64,000 nt of DNA from Dehalococcoidia bacterium (GCA_009841605.1 VXLM01000139.1:4257-68256); one strand, 5' to 3'. Shown: positions 29,448-39,419, counted from the stretch's first letter. The notes: a model not told the origin generated them from the sequence alone. A program made the numbers and translations.

Positions 29448-30791
29448 ATGCACGACCCGACCGTCACCTCCCACTATTCGCCGAATACCGATACGGACAG
29501 GGAGGCGATGCTGGCGGCGATAGGCGTGGAGTCCGCCGCCGAACTGTTCGACGACATTCCTGAAGATTTCCGGTTCCCCCCGCTGGATATACCGACCCCG
29601 CTCTCGGAATTCGAGTTGCGGCAGGAGCTCGGCGATCTCGCCGCTCAGAACGCGACTCCCGGCGACTTCGCCTGCTTCCTCGGCGCGGGATCATACCGCC
29701 ACCACGTCCCCGCAATCGTTCGCGCGCTGGCATTCCGCGGCGAGTTCCTCACCTCCTACACCCCCTACCAGCCCGAGGTCTCGCAGGGAACGCTTCAGGC
29801 GCACTACGAGTTCCAGACGCTCATCTGCCAGTTGACCGGCATGGACGTCGCCAACGCCGGCATGTACGACGGCGCTACCTCCCTTGCCGAGGCAGCCATG
29901 ATGGCCGCCCGCATCACCAAGCGCAATCGCATCGTCCTGGCCGAGACCGTCTCCCCCGGCTACCAGTCGGTCGTCCGCACCTACACGCAGGGCCACGACA
30001 ATCTCCAGGTCGACGTGATCGCCGCCAACGGCTCCGACATACCCGATGACGCCGCATGCGTTGTCGTCCAGCAGCCCGACTTCTTCGGCTCCCTCCACGA
30101 CCTCGAAGCGTTGGCCTCCCGCGTCCACGAGCTTGGCGCGCTTCTGATCGTCTCCGTGGACCTCGCATCGCTGGGAATGTTCAATCCTCCGGGCAGCTAC
30201 GACGCCGACATAGTAGTCGCCGAGGCCCAGACGCTCGGCGTGTCCCCGTCCTACGGCGGGCCATACGTCGGAGTCCTCGCCTGCAAGGGCGGCAGGGACT
30301 TCCTCCGCCAGCTCCCCGGTCGCATCGTCGGCCAGACCGTCGACACCGAGGGGCGCACCGGTTACGTCCTCACCCTCCAGACCCGCGAGCAGCACATACG
30401 CCGCGAGCGCGCAACCTCGAATATCTGCACCTCCGTCGGCCTGATAGCCCTCATGTCCGCCGTCTACATGGCCGCACAGGGCAAGCAGGGCCTCAAGCAC
30501 ACCGCCGAGCTCTGCTATCACAAAGCCCACTACCTCGCGTCACTCATCGAGGACATACCCGGCTACTCCCTGCCATTGCAGGGCACGTTCTTCCGCGAGT
30601 TCGTCGTCCAATGTCCTCTGCCGCCGTCCGAGGTCAACCGCAGACTTCTCGACCACAAGATAATCGGCGGCCTCGACGTGAGCGACCGCATCGAAAACGG
30701 GATGCTCCTCTGCTGCACGGACGTGAACACTCGCGAGGAGATCGAGGCATTGGCCTCCGCCCTGGCCGAGATCGGAGCCGACAACGTATGA
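29448..30791 (+). CDS. gcvPA: glycine dehydrogenase (decarboxylating) subunit 1
   Basis: 447 aa. TSYTPYQPEVSQGTLQ and ATSNICT blocks characteristic of P-protein subunit 1. Confidence 0.93.
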   Translation: MHDPTVTSHYSPNTDTDREAMLAAIGVESAAELFDDIPEDFRFPPLDIPTPLSEFELRQELGDLAAQNATPGDFACFLGAGSYRHHVPAIVRALAFRGEFLTSYTPYQPEVSQGTLQAHYEFQTLICQLTGMDVANAGMYDGATSLAEAAMMAARITKRNRIVLAETVSPGYQSVVRTYTQGHDNLQVDVIAANGSDIPDDAACVVVQQPDFFGSLHDLEALASRVHELGALLIVSVDLASLGMFNPPGSYDADIVVAEAQTLGVSPSYGGPYVGVLACKGGRDFLRQLPGRIVGQTVDTEGRTGYVLTLQTREQHIRRERATSNICTSVGLIALMSAVYMAAQGKQGLKHTAELCYHKAHYLASLIEDIPGYSLPLQGTFFREFVVQCPLPPSEVNRRLLDHKIIGGLDVSDRIENGMLLCCTDVNTREEIEALASALAEIGADNV

Positions 30792-32278
30792 CCGTCCCAG
30801 AGCGCTGGCTGGAAAAGCACAACCGCAAGCTCCTCATGGACCGCAGCGCGCCGGGACGCATAGGCGCGAGCCATGCCAAGCTGGACGTCCCGGAGTCGGA
30901 ACTGCCCGACGCCGCCATGCTCCGCGACAACCTCGACATGCCGGAGGTCTCAGAAAGCGAGATCGTCCGCTACTTCTCGCAGCTCAGCCACTACAACTTC
31001 TCCATCGACCACAACTTCTATCCTCTCGGCAGCTGTACGATGAAGTACAACCCGAAGATCAACGATGAGATGGCCGCGCTGCCCGGCCTGTCCGAGATAC
31101 ACCCCTTCCAGCCCGAGGAAACGGTGCAGGGCGCACTCAAGCTCGTCTGGCACCTGCAGGAGATCCTCGCCGAGGTCATGGGCATGGCCGGTACCAGCGT
31201 CTCCCCCAAGGCCGGAGCCGAGAGTGAGTTCGCCGGGATGCTCATGGCGCGCGCCTATCACCTCTCGCGCGGCGACGACAAACGCAAAAAGGTACTCATA
31301 CCCGACAGCGCGCACGGCACCAATCCTGCCTCTGCCGTCGTTGCCGGGTTCCACGTCGTTTCCCTCCCGACCAACGAGGAGGGCAACACCGACCTCGCCG
31401 CCCTCGAGGCCGCAGTCGGCGACGACCTCGCGGGCTTCATGCTCACCCAGCCGAGCACCCTCGGCATCTTTGACACCAACCTGTCGGACGTAATACGGAT
31501 AGTCCGCGACGCCGGCGGCATCATGTACGGCGACGGCGCGAACCTCAACGCCCTGCTCGGCAAGGTCAAGCTGGGCGAGCTTGGCTTCGATGTCGTTCAC
31601 TCCAACCTGCACAAGACCTTCACCCAGCCGCACGGCGGTGGCGGCCCCGGAGCCGGCTCCGTCATGGTCAGCGAGCGACTGCTTCCCTTCCTCCCAGAAC
31701 CTCACGTCACGCGGACTGAGGACGAGGACGGAGAGCGTTTCTCCCTCTCGACGCCCCCGCAGTCAATCGGCAAGCTCGGCCCTTTCCAGGGCAACTTCGG
31801 CGCTCTCGTCCGCGCCTATGCCTACATCCGCACGCTAGGCGACGTTGGCGTCTCCCAGATTAGCGAGGACGCCGTAATCAACGCCAACTACATCCTCAGC
31901 CAGCTGCGAGGCACCTTCGATCTTCCGCAGGACCGCCACTGCAAGCACGAGGTGGTCTTCTCCGCCAAGAACCTTAAGGACGAGTTTGGAGTCTCAGGCA
32001 AGGACGTGTGCAAGAGGCTCATCGACTACGGCATCCACCCGCCGACGATGTACTTCCCTCTCCCCGACGTGGTCGAGGAGTCGCTCCTCATCGAGCCGAC
32101 CGAGACGGAGAGTAAAGAGACCCTCGACCAGTTCATCGAGGTGATGAAGCTCATCGCGAAAGAGGCCGAAGAAGATCCCGATCTTCTCCTCAACGCCCCG
32201 CACAACACGCCCAACACCCGCCTCGACGAGGCCCTCGCGGCACGCAGGCCGGTGCTGCGTTGGCGCAGAGACGACTAG
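30788..32278 (+). CDS. gcvPB: glycine dehydrogenase (decarboxylating) subunit 2
   Basis: ATGA overlap with gcvPA. PLGSCTMKYNP and the PLP-lysine block NLHKTF. The upstream part of ORF 30056 is out-of-frame overlap with gcvPA. Confidence 0.93.
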   Translation: MTVPERWLEKHNRKLLMDRSAPGRIGASHAKLDVPESELPDAAMLRDNLDMPEVSESEIVRYFSQLSHYNFSIDHNFYPLGSCTMKYNPKINDEMAALPGLSEIHPFQPEETVQGALKLVWHLQEILAEVMGMAGTSVSPKAGAESEFAGMLMARAYHLSRGDDKRKKVLIPDSAHGTNPASAVVAGFHVVSLPTNEEGNTDLAALEAAVGDDLAGFMLTQPSTLGIFDTNLSDVIRIVRDAGGIMYGDGANLNALLGKVKLGELGFDVVHSNLHKTFTQPHGGGGPGAGSVMVSERLLPFLPEPHVTRTEDEDGERFSLSTPPQSIGKLGPFQGNFGALVRAYAYIRTLGDVGVSQISEDAVINANYILSQLRGTFDLPQDRHCKHEVVFSAKNLKDEFGVSGKDVCKRLIDYGIHPPTMYFPLPDVVEESLLIEPTETESKETLDQFIEVMKLIAKEAEEDPDLLLNAPHNTPNTRLDEALAARRPVLRWRRDD

Positions 32279-32291
32279 CGCCGTTTCAGAC

Positions 32292-32333
32292 TTATCCCCT
32301 CTCCCGTTTGCGGGAGAGGGCTAGGGTGAGGGT
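32292..32333 (+). repeat. Family A hairpin repeat (10-bp stem, loop tttg)
   Basis: ttatcccctctcccgtttgcgggagagggctagggtgagggt. Its tail overlaps the last codons and the stop of fabL on the opposite strand. Confidence 0.9.
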
Positions 32334-33091
32334 TGAGCCCCCAGCGTCGCCCCGCCGTCGACCAGCAATATCTGCCCTCGGATCATCTCGGCCTCCGGCG
32401 AACACAGGAACCCCACGGCGTTGGCGATATCCTCGACCGTGACCATCCTGCCCGTCACGGTCTTCTCCCCGTCCGCTAGCATCTGGTCCCTGTCCCTGAA
32501 GGCGCTGAGCGCGTCCGTATCGACGTAGCCACCCGACACGGCGTTCACCGAGATATTCTTCGATGCCAACTCGACGGCTAGATACCTTGTGATCGCCTCT
32601 AAAGCCGCCTTGGACGTCCCGACCGCGAAGTAGTTGGGCAGAACGTTGCGAGAACCCTCGCTCGTGATGTTGACGATGTGCCCGCCGTCGGCCATCAGTC
32701 GCGATGCCTCGATGGAGCACAGCCACGCCGCCTTGGCGTTGATGTCCATCGTCCAGTTCCAGTGCTTCTCGCCAAGCTCCGAGGCAGCTACGTTCACCCC
32801 AGACGCCGCGTTGTTGATCAGGACGTCGAGCCTGCCGTATTCCGTCTCCACCGTCTCGAACAGGCCGCGTATCTTCTCCGCGTCTCCCAGATGCGCCCGC
32901 GCCTTTACGCACCGCACGCCCAACGCCTCAACTTCTTGCTGCGCCTCATTCGCCGAGGTGTGGCTGCGGAGGTAGTTGAAGGCAATGTCAGCGCCCCGCC
33001 GTGCGAAGTGGAGCGCGATGGCCTTCCCAATTCCGCGCGACCCACCCGTGACCAGGACGACCTTCCCCGCAAACTCCTTGCCAGCACCCAT
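32321..33091 (-). CDS. fabL: SDR-family enoyl-ACP reductase, FabL-like
   Basis: Collinear with my recollection of B. subtilis FabL: TGGSRGIGKA, NNAASGV, HWNWTMDINAKA, SKAALEAITRYLAVEL, VNAVSGGYVDTDAL, MIRGQILLVDGG. Lies next to fabG and plsX. Confidence 0.72.
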   Translation of the reverse strand: MGAGKEFAGKVVLVTGGSRGIGKAIALHFARRGADIAFNYLRSHTSANEAQQEVEALGVRCVKARAHLGDAEKIRGLFETVETEYGRLDVLINNAASGVNVAASELGEKHWNWTMDINAKAAWLCSIEASRLMADGGHIVNITSEGSRNVLPNYFAVGTSKAALEAITRYLAVELASKNISVNAVSGGYVDTDALSAFRDRDQMLADGEKTVTGRMVTVEDIANAVGFLCSPEAEMIRGQILLVDGGATLGAQPSP

Positions 33092-33098
33092 GACGCCC

Positions 33099-33851
33099 CT
33101 AGACGGCCAGCCCGCCGTCCACCGAGATCACCTGCCCTGTTATGTACTTCGAGCTTGGAAGAGCAAGGAACGCTGCCACGTGCGCCACGTCATCGAGGTC
33201 TCCGAACCGGCCCATGGGCGTCCGCTCCTTCCAGTAGTCCTTCATCTCCTCTGTGAGAACGGATGTCGTCTCGGTCTCGAAGTACCCGGGCGTCACGACG
33301 TTGGCGGTGACGTTGCGGCTCGCAACTTCCTTGGCCAGCGCCTTGGTGAAGCCGATCACCGCCGCCTTGGATGCGGTGTAGTTCGTCTGCGTAGGATTCC
33401 CTCGCAGCCCAACGATAGACCCGATATTAATGACCCTGCCCCATCGCTTGGACATCATCTTCCGAATAGCCGCGCGGGTGCAGTAGAACGTCCCGTTCAG
33501 GTTTACGTCGATGACCCTGTGCCATGAGTCGTCGGACATCCGGATCAGATGACGGTCGTCGATGATCCCCGCGTTGTTCACTAGGATATCGACATTCCCC
33601 CATCGTCCTTCCACTTCCTTGAACATCGCCTTGACCTGATCGATGTCGGAAACGTCGGCCTGCACCGCGAACGCCTCAGCGCCGCTGTCGGTGAGCGTCT
33701 CCACCACCTCGCTCGCGGCGTCCGGCGAGGAGTTGTAGTTGACTGCTATCCTCGCGCCCTTCTCGGCCAGCCGGATGGCGATCTGCCGTCCTATCCCCTT
33801 CGACGCGCCGGTCACGAGGGCGCTCTTCCCTTCCAGTTCGTTTGTCTTCAC
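33099..33851 (-). CDS. fabG: 3-oxoacyl-ACP reductase
   Basis: GTG 33851 is preceded by GGAGG. TGASKGIGR, NNAGI, INIGSIVGLRGNPTQTNYTASKAAVIGFTKALAKE, ITGQVISVDGG. The ORF track N-terminal extension has no support. Confidence 0.85.
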   Translation of the reverse strand: MKTNELEGKSALVTGASKGIGRQIAIRLAEKGARIAVNYNSSPDAASEVVETLTDSGAEAFAVQADVSDIDQVKAMFKEVEGRWGNVDILVNNAGIIDDRHLIRMSDDSWHRVIDVNLNGTFYCTRAAIRKMMSKRWGRVINIGSIVGLRGNPTQTNYTASKAAVIGFTKALAKEVASRNVTANVVTPGYFETETTSVLTEEMKDYWKERTPMGRFGDLDDVAHVAAFLALPSSKYITGQVISVDGGLAV

Positions 33852-33876
33852 TTGGCCTCCGTTACGTACGATCCCG

Positions 33877-34902
33877 CTACTCTTCCACTCCGGCCCTGCT
33901 GCGCACTTCCGTAAGCGCCTCGCCGAGCTTGTCAATGACGCCGAGCCGGTGCCAGTTCTTCGCCTGTTCGATTGCCCGCTTGACCTCCTCACGCTTGCCG
34001 CGACCGTGTCCGATTACGCTCACGCCCTTGACGCCGAGCAGCGGACCTCCTCCGTGCGTACTCACGACGTTCGTCTTCTCGTAGAGTTCCCCGGTTATGG
34101 CCTCGATCTCGTCTTCCGACAGCTTGCCCGCCAAACGCCCCCGAACGAGGTCAACGGACGCCTGCCCGATGCCCTCTGTGAGCTTCATCACCACGTTCCC
34201 GACGAACCCGTCCGCGACTACCACGTCGACTTCTCCATGGACCATCTCGTTTGGCTCGACGTTCCCAACGAAGTTCAGACCGCTCTTGGCGAGCAGTTCC
34301 GATGTTTCCCGCACCTGCCTGTTCCCCTTGCCGAACTCCGCCCCAACGCTCAGGAGACCGATACTCGGATTCTCCACGTTCCAAAAGATACGCGCCCACA
34401 TATCACCGATGACCGCGAAGCTCAAGAGCTGCGACGGTCGACAATCGACATTGGTGCCGGCGTCGATGATGGAAGTCTTTGGAGCAAACCCTATAATCGG
34501 TCCTCCGAGGGCCGGACGTGAAATCCCCTCCATCATGCCCAGCACGACCGCCGCCGTTGCCATCGCCGCCCCGGTCGAACCCATCGTCACCGCCCCGTCG
34601 GCCATGCCCTTCTTAACAAGCCCCGTAGCGACGACAATCGACGCCTTGGGTTTCTGGCGGAGCGCCAGCGCGGGCTGCTCTCCCTCTCCGATAACTCCAT
34701 CCGACGGCACCGGCATAATCGGCAGCCTACTCGTATCGTACTTCGCCAGTTCCGCCTGCAGGACCTGTGGGTTCCCCACGAGACCGATCTGCACGTCGCC
34801 CTGCTTGGCCGCCTCTATCGCCCCGGCAACGACCTCCGTCGGCGCATAGTCGCCGCCCATTGCGTCCACGGCTATTCGTACCATCCCATTAGCTTGCGTC
34901 AA
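33877..34902 (-). CDS. plsX: phosphate acyltransferase PlsX
   Basis: 341 aa. RIAVDAMGGDYAP at the N-terminus and the GNVEPNE...DVVVADGFVGNV block. Confidence 0.92.
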   Translation of the reverse strand: MTQANGMVRIAVDAMGGDYAPTEVVAGAIEAAKQGDVQIGLVGNPQVLQAELAKYDTSRLPIMPVPSDGVIGEGEQPALALRQKPKASIVVATGLVKKGMADGAVTMGSTGAAMATAAVVLGMMEGISRPALGGPIIGFAPKTSIIDAGTNVDCRPSQLLSFAVIGDMWARIFWNVENPSIGLLSVGAEFGKGNRQVRETSELLAKSGLNFVGNVEPNEMVHGEVDVVVADGFVGNVVMKLTEGIGQASVDLVRGRLAGKLSEDEIEAITGELYEKTNVVSTHGGGPLLGVKGVSVIGHGRGKREEVKRAIEQAKNWHRLGVIDKLGEALTEVRSRAGVEE

Positions 34903-34925
34903 TGCCTGCCTCGATTCCTCAATCT

Positions 34926-35330
34926 CTAGGTTGATACCACGACCGTAGCGTTGCCGGTAATGGCATCATCCCCCTTGTCTGTACGTACGCCGACCGAGCA
35001 CGTGAGTCTGACTCCCTCTTCCACCTCGCGGGCGCGCGACACCTCGCAGTGCGCCGTCACCGTGTCACCCGGCTTCACCGGAGAACGAAAGCGTATCTTG
35101 AGCTGCCCTGTCTCCACCCAATCGTCGGCGAACTCAGCGGCCATCAGCTCCGAGAGCATCGCCGCTATCATCATGCCATGCGCTATCGTCCCCCCGAACC
35201 GCGTCGCCCGCGCGAACTCCTCGTCGATATGTATCGGATTGAAGTCCCCCGACGCCTCCGCATACGCAGAGATATTCGCCTGCTCGACCATGCGTGTGAT
35301 CGACCGTAGCTCTGTGCCAACCTCCATCAT
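34926..35330 (-). CDS. MaoC-like (R)-specific hot-dog hydratase/dehydratase, catalytic subunit
   Basis: 134 aa. Hydratase-2 core SGDFNPIHIDEEFA plus IAHGM. ATGA overlap with the upstream hot-dog gene. Confidence 0.8.
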   Translation of the reverse strand: MMEVGTELRSITRMVEQANISAYAEASGDFNPIHIDEEFARATRFGGTIAHGMMIAAMLSELMAAEFADDWVETGQLKIRFRSPVKPGDTVTAHCEVSRAREVEEGVRLTCSVGVRTDKGDDAITGNATVVVST

Positions 35331-35731
35331 GCCGGCACCAGTATCGTACTCTTGCCGGTCATCACCTGCCTGTCTTGCCCATCGTGTACTTCCATGCCGA
35401 CGGCAAGGAGCCGGTAACCCGTTCTCACCGCGTTCTGCGATATCACCGCCTTGCAGCTCAACTCCTCGCCCGTCACCACCGCGCCGAGAAACGCCATCTC
35501 CTGCCCCACGTGAAGCGTCCCCTCCGGTATCCCGAGGTCGTTCAGCACTCCCCGAAGGGCAAACGTCGCCACCGCCATCGGAGGGACCGTCGGCGATTCT
35601 TCAGTAGGGTCGAACACGCCCGATTCGTCCCGCACCGCCGCCGCGTACTTCCCCACTCCGTCGAGACCGAGCGGAAACGTCCGGTCGGATATCACATCCC
35701 CCACAGCCAAGGCCGCGTAGTCACGAGCCAT
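35327..35731 (-). CDS. MaoC-N/FAS1-dehydratase-like hot-dog protein lacking the hydratase motif
   Basis: 134 aa counted from ATG 35731 (SD ggtgaggg). No D/H hydratase motif. The ORF track extension to 36088 reads through an intergenic repeat (NHKGCPYNG). Confidence 0.6.
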   Translation of the reverse strand: MARDYAALAVGDVISDRTFPLGLDGVGKYAAAVRDESGVFDPTEESPTVPPMAVATFALRGVLNDLGIPEGTLHVGQEMAFLGAVVTGEELSCKAVISQNAVRTGYRLLAVGMEVHDGQDRQVMTGKSTILVPA

Positions 35732-35901
35732 GAATCCCTCACCGCCCAATTCAAGTCGGACGATTATAGAACGCAGCCGCCGTCCGCGCAATTCAGCGAT
35801 AGGACTCGTTGCTGTACCCACTTGGTGGAAAGTCCACCCCCACAGAAGGTTTGCAGTCGCCCCATTTTCATTCCTCTGAAAACAAACCCCGACAAACCCG
35901 T

Positions 35902-35927
35902 TGTAGGGGCAACCCTTGTGGTTGCCC
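35902..35927 (+). repeat. Family F hairpin (GTAGGGGCAACC-cttgt-GGTTGCCCG)
   Basis: 8-bp stem. The same unit occurs at 12077, 12157 and 56592. Confidence 0.85.
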
Positions 35928-36102
35928 GCCTCCGGTCCGCTCCCTCTTTCATTCCAGGTGGTGAGGATGGCAATCCTCATGAAATACAGAGTCTGACTTG
36001 GCGCGAAGGTACATACGCCCATTTGAACCAGTCTCGACTTACAACCGACAAGCTCGAAAGCTTCCCCTTGCGTGGGATAAAATGTCACTGGGAGGAACCA
36101 CC

Positions 36103-37089
36103 ATGACCAGAAATTCTATCGTTGACCGGCTTGGAAATGGCGACATGCTCCTGATGGACGGAGGAACCGGCTCTGAGCTGCAGCGTCGAGGGGCAGATGT
36201 GCTCAAGGACGCGGAGGACCGGCTCAAGGCATGGTCGGCAACGGCGAATATCGAGTACGCCGAGGTGGTGCAGCAGGTGCACTCCGACTATCTGCGTGTC
36301 GGGGCCGATATCATCATCAGCAACAACTTCTGGACGACCCCCACTCGCCTCGAAAGGATCGGCGAGCAGGACAACTGGCGCACGTACGCTACCGCGGCGA
36401 TCCGCAACGCCGTTCAGGCGCGCGATGCCATGAACCCCGACGCATACGTTGCTGGAGGCATAGCCGCGCCAAGCCTACAGGGTGGCCTCCCTCCCGTCCA
36501 CAACCCGGCCTCCGATACGCAGCAGATGGGAGTCGAGGCATACCGGAAGGAGTGGTCCGACCACGCCAAGCTCCTTGCCGACGAGGGAGCCGACGTGATG
36601 CTGCCGGAATACGTGGGCTTCATCGAGGACTGCGTTGTCGCCGTGGACGGTTGCGCGGAGGCGGAACTGCCGGTGTTTCTGGGTGTACGGCATATCATGG
36701 ATGACGGCACGATGAACTATGGCGAGAACCTGACCGACCTTGCCGGCGCGCTCGAAGGCCACCCCGTCGACGCCGTCCTGATCATGTGCAGCAACCCGGA
36801 GAATATTTCTAAAGGGCTTCCAATCCTGCGGGAGGCGTTCGCGGGGCCCGTCGGGGCTTATCCGAACATCGGCTACAACCCGACCGGCCCCATCGTGAAC
36901 GCGCCCATGCTCACGAACCAGAAGCCGAGCGCGGGCGAGGACATCCTGCAGAACGCCGATTACTACCCCTCGCGTCTCGCGGAGTTCGTCACTGAATGGA
37001 AGGGCATGGGCGCGCAGATCATCGGCGGATGCTGCGCCGCGGGCCCGGAGCACATCCAGGCCATGCGTCCTGTCGTGAAGGAGTGCTAG
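36103..37089 (+). CDS. homocysteine S-methyltransferase family protein
   Basis: GGAGGAACCACC then ATG 36103. MDGGTGSELQRRG, IISNNFWTTP, and the C-terminal Zn-site block IIGGCCAAGPEHI. Confidence 0.85.
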   Translation: MTRNSIVDRLGNGDMLLMDGGTGSELQRRGADVLKDAEDRLKAWSATANIEYAEVVQQVHSDYLRVGADIIISNNFWTTPTRLERIGEQDNWRTYATAAIRNAVQARDAMNPDAYVAGGIAAPSLQGGLPPVHNPASDTQQMGVEAYRKEWSDHAKLLADEGADVMLPEYVGFIEDCVVAVDGCAEAELPVFLGVRHIMDDGTMNYGENLTDLAGALEGHPVDAVLIMCSNPENISKGLPILREAFAGPVGAYPNIGYNPTGPIVNAPMLTNQKPSAGEDILQNADYYPSRLAEFVTEWKGMGAQIIGGCCAAGPEHIQAMRPVVKEC

Positions 37090-37164
37090 GCAAGGTTCTA
37101 TTGACGCTTCCGCGCGGCGTTGCTACCCTACATCGACACTTGAGCGTTGCAACCTAGTGAGACT

Positions 37165-38184
37165 ATGGCGAAACTTCTCGAAGTCAACAATCTGACGACT
37201 CACTTCTACACCGACAACGGCGTCGTGGAGGCCGTCGACGGCATCTCATACTCGGTGGACGAGGGAGAGATCGTCGGCATCGTCGGAGAGAGCGGCTGCG
37301 GCAAGAGCGTCAGCGCCCTCTCCATCATGGGCCTGATACCCGACCCGCCCGGCAAGATCGTGGACGGCGAGGTCATCTTCGACGGGCAGGACCTCCTGCA
37401 ACTCTCCAACGCGCAGATGCGCAAGGTGCGCGGCAACGACATCGGTATGGTCTTCCAGGAGCCGATGACGTCGCTCAACCCGGTGCTCACCATCGGCAGG
37501 CAGCTCACTGAGACCCTCGAACTCCACCTGAACATGTCGGCAAGTGCGGCGAGCCAGCGCGCGGCGGAGCTTTTGAGTCTCGTCGGCATTCCCGACGCCG
37601 AGCGGCGACTGAAGGACTACCCCCACCAGATGAGCGGCGGAATGCGCCAGCGCGTGATGATCGCCATGGCCGTTAGCTGCAACCCGAAGCTCATCATCGC
37701 GGACGAGCCCACCACGGCGCTGGACATGACGATTCAGGCTCAGATTCTCGAGCTCATGCAGCGCCTCTCGAACGAGTTGGGGACAGCGATGATACTCATC
37801 ACCCACAACCTCGGCGTTGTCGCGCGGTACGCCAGTCGCGTCATCGTTATGTACGCCGGCTCCATCATCGAGGAGGGCACCGCTAAGCAGATCTACTACA
37901 ACCCCAGGCATCCGTACACGCTCGGACTGCTGCGCTCGGTCCCGAGGCTCGACGGAGAGGAGGGCGTCAAGCTCGAACCGATCGAGGGCCTCCCGCCAAA
38001 CCTCATCGGTCTCGGCGGCAGCTGCAACTTCGCGCCGAGATGTCGCTACGCGATTGATCAGTGCCTCACCGAAACTCCGATGCTCCAAGCTATCAGAGAA
38101 GAAACCCCGCCGCACCACGCGGCGTGCTGGCGGTCCGAGGACCTTCCCAACTTGGTCGGCTCGCCCGCGGCGGCAGGAGGATAG
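37165..38184 (+). CDS. ABC ATP-binding protein, OppD/DppD-like (no adjacent permease)
   Basis: Walker A GESGCGKS, signature MSGGMRQR, Walker [13 protein letters not shown]-terminal HPYTLGLL...C.F..RC. Confidence 0.9.
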   Translation: MAKLLEVNNLTTHFYTDNGVVEAVDGISYSVDEGEIVGIVGESGCGKSVSALSIMGLIPDPPGKIVDGEVIFDGQDLLQLSNAQMRKVRGNDIGMVFQEPMTSLNPVLTIGRQLTETLELHLNMSASAASQRAAELLSLVGIPDAERRLKDYPHQMSGGMRQRVMIAMAVSCNPKLIIADEPTTALDMTIQAQILELMQRLSNELGTAMILITHNLGVVARYASRVIVMYAGSIIEEGTAKQIYYNPRHPYTLGLLRSVPRLDGEEGVKLEPIEGLPPNLIGLGGSCNFAPRCRYAIDQCLTETPMLQAIREETPPHHAACWRSEDLPNLVGSPAAAGG

Positions 38185-38186
38185 AT

Positions 38187-39206
38187 TTGGTCGAGTCGAA
38201 CGGTTCAAGGCCCCTGATCGAGGTCAGGGACGTCAGGATGTACTTCCCCGTCACGTCGGGGATCGTTTTTCAGCGCAAGGTCGCGGAGGTCAAGGCGGTC
38301 GACGACGTCTCCATCACCATCAACAAGGGTGAGGTGCTCGGCCTCGTCGGCGAGAGCGGAAGCGGCAAGACCACGCTCGGCCGGGTGATCCTCCAGCTTC
38401 AACGCCAGACATCGGGCGACGTGTTCTACGACGGGGAGCGCCTCAACACCCTCAGCAACAAGGAGTTGAGGCCCATCCGCCGCAAGATGCAGGTCATCTT
38501 CCAGGACCCCTACGGCTCCCTCAACCCTCGCATGACGTGTGGCGACATCGTGGGCGAGCCGCTCTCGGTGCACAAGCTGACCGCCAGCAAGGGCGAATAC
38601 CAGGACCGCGTCGCGGAGCTCCTCCAGACCGTGGGTCTCAACCCGTTCATGGCCGACCGGTACCCGCACGAGTTCTCCGGCGGACAGCGTCAGAGAATCG
38701 GCATCGCGCGGGCGCTGGCGGTGAACCCCGACTTCATCGTCTGCGACGAGCCGGTCTCCGCGCTCGACGTGTCGATTCAGGCCCAGATCATCAACCTGCT
38801 TGAAGAGCTCAAGGAAAAGCTCCAGCTTACCTACCTCTTCATCGCCCACGACCTCTCCGTCGTGCGGCACATCAGCGACCGCGTGGCCGTCATGTATCTC
38901 GGCCACATTGTCGAGGTCGCCAGCCGCCAGGAGCTCTACGACAACCCCCTCCACCCGTACACGAGGGCGCTCCTCTCGGCCATTCCGATCCCCGACCCCG
39001 ACATGGAGGAGCAGCGCGAGCGCATCATCCTCCACGGCGAGCTGCCCAGCCCCATGTCCCCGCCCGAAGGCTGCGTCTTCCACACTCGTTGCCCCGTCAT
39101 GGTCGAGGAGTGCAAAGACGAGATGCCCCAGCTCCGCGAGGTTAGCCCCAACCACTGGGTCGCCTGCATCCGCGCCGACGGCTACGAGACCGCCCTGACG
39201 GCGTAA
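38187..39206 (+). CDS. ABC ATP-binding protein, OppF/DppF-like (no adjacent permease)
   Basis: TTG 38187 lies 2 nt after the upstream stop. Walker [10 protein letters not shown], signature FSGGQRQR, Walker [20 protein letters not shown]. Confidence 0.88.
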   Translation: MVESNGSRPLIEVRDVRMYFPVTSGIVFQRKVAEVKAVDDVSITINKGEVLGLVGESGSGKTTLGRVILQLQRQTSGDVFYDGERLNTLSNKELRPIRRKMQVIFQDPYGSLNPRMTCGDIVGEPLSVHKLTASKGEYQDRVAELLQTVGLNPFMADRYPHEFSGGQRQRIGIARALAVNPDFIVCDEPVSALDVSIQAQIINLLEELKEKLQLTYLFIAHDLSVVRHISDRVAVMYLGHIVEVASRQELYDNPLHPYTRALLSAIPIPDPDMEEQRERIILHGELPSPMSPPEGCVFHTRCPVMVEECKDEMPQLREVSPNHWVACIRADGYETALTA

Positions 39207-39290
39207 GGGTCTTCTTTTCTGCCCTAGCTCGGACATCTGCTCTTCACTTGTGTTTTCCCGTTCCTACCTCAGAGGGGTGCCCAACCTCAA

Positions 39291-39324
39291 GTCCGTTCGA
39301 CCTGAGCCTGTCGAAGGGCAATTC
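39291..39324 (+). repeat. Family E repeat
   Basis: gtccgttcgacctgagcctgtcgaagggcaattc. Confidence 0.85.
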
Positions 39325-39390
39325 ATGATTCGGAATGACATACTAACGGGTCCCACGCTAATCTGGCACAGGTCTTGGCCCGGGAATTCG

Positions 39391-39419
39391 TTGACGACCC
39401 CACGCATTAGTCATATCAT
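39391..39419 (+). promoter_or_regulatory. candidate promoter TTGACG-N17-TATCAT of the phd-vapC operon, with direct repeats
   Basis: Hexamers at 39391-39396 and 39414-39419. CATTAG occurs twice, within the spacer and overlapping the -10 element, and GCTAATCTG occurs at 39358 and 39422. Confidence 0.4.

Noticed and set aside
30056-30787. Long N-terminal extensions in the ORF track for gcvPB (30056), gcvT (27473), gcvH (28930), the second DSD1-like gene (55175), infC (57715), fabG (33992), the hot-dog gene (36088) and the OppF-like gene (38061).
   Set aside because: The extensions overlap the preceding genes in another frame or read through intergenic repeats. Homology-like sequence begins only at the internal starts reported in the features.
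37165-39206. Idea that the orphan OppDF-like ATPases power the nearby FtsX giants.
   Set aside because: Both carry the C-terminal oligopeptide-type extension (HPYT...) that pairs with BPD-type permeases, not the LolD/MacB/FtsE type that partners FtsX modules. They are on the opposite strand and separated from the FtsX genes by a toxin-antitoxin module.
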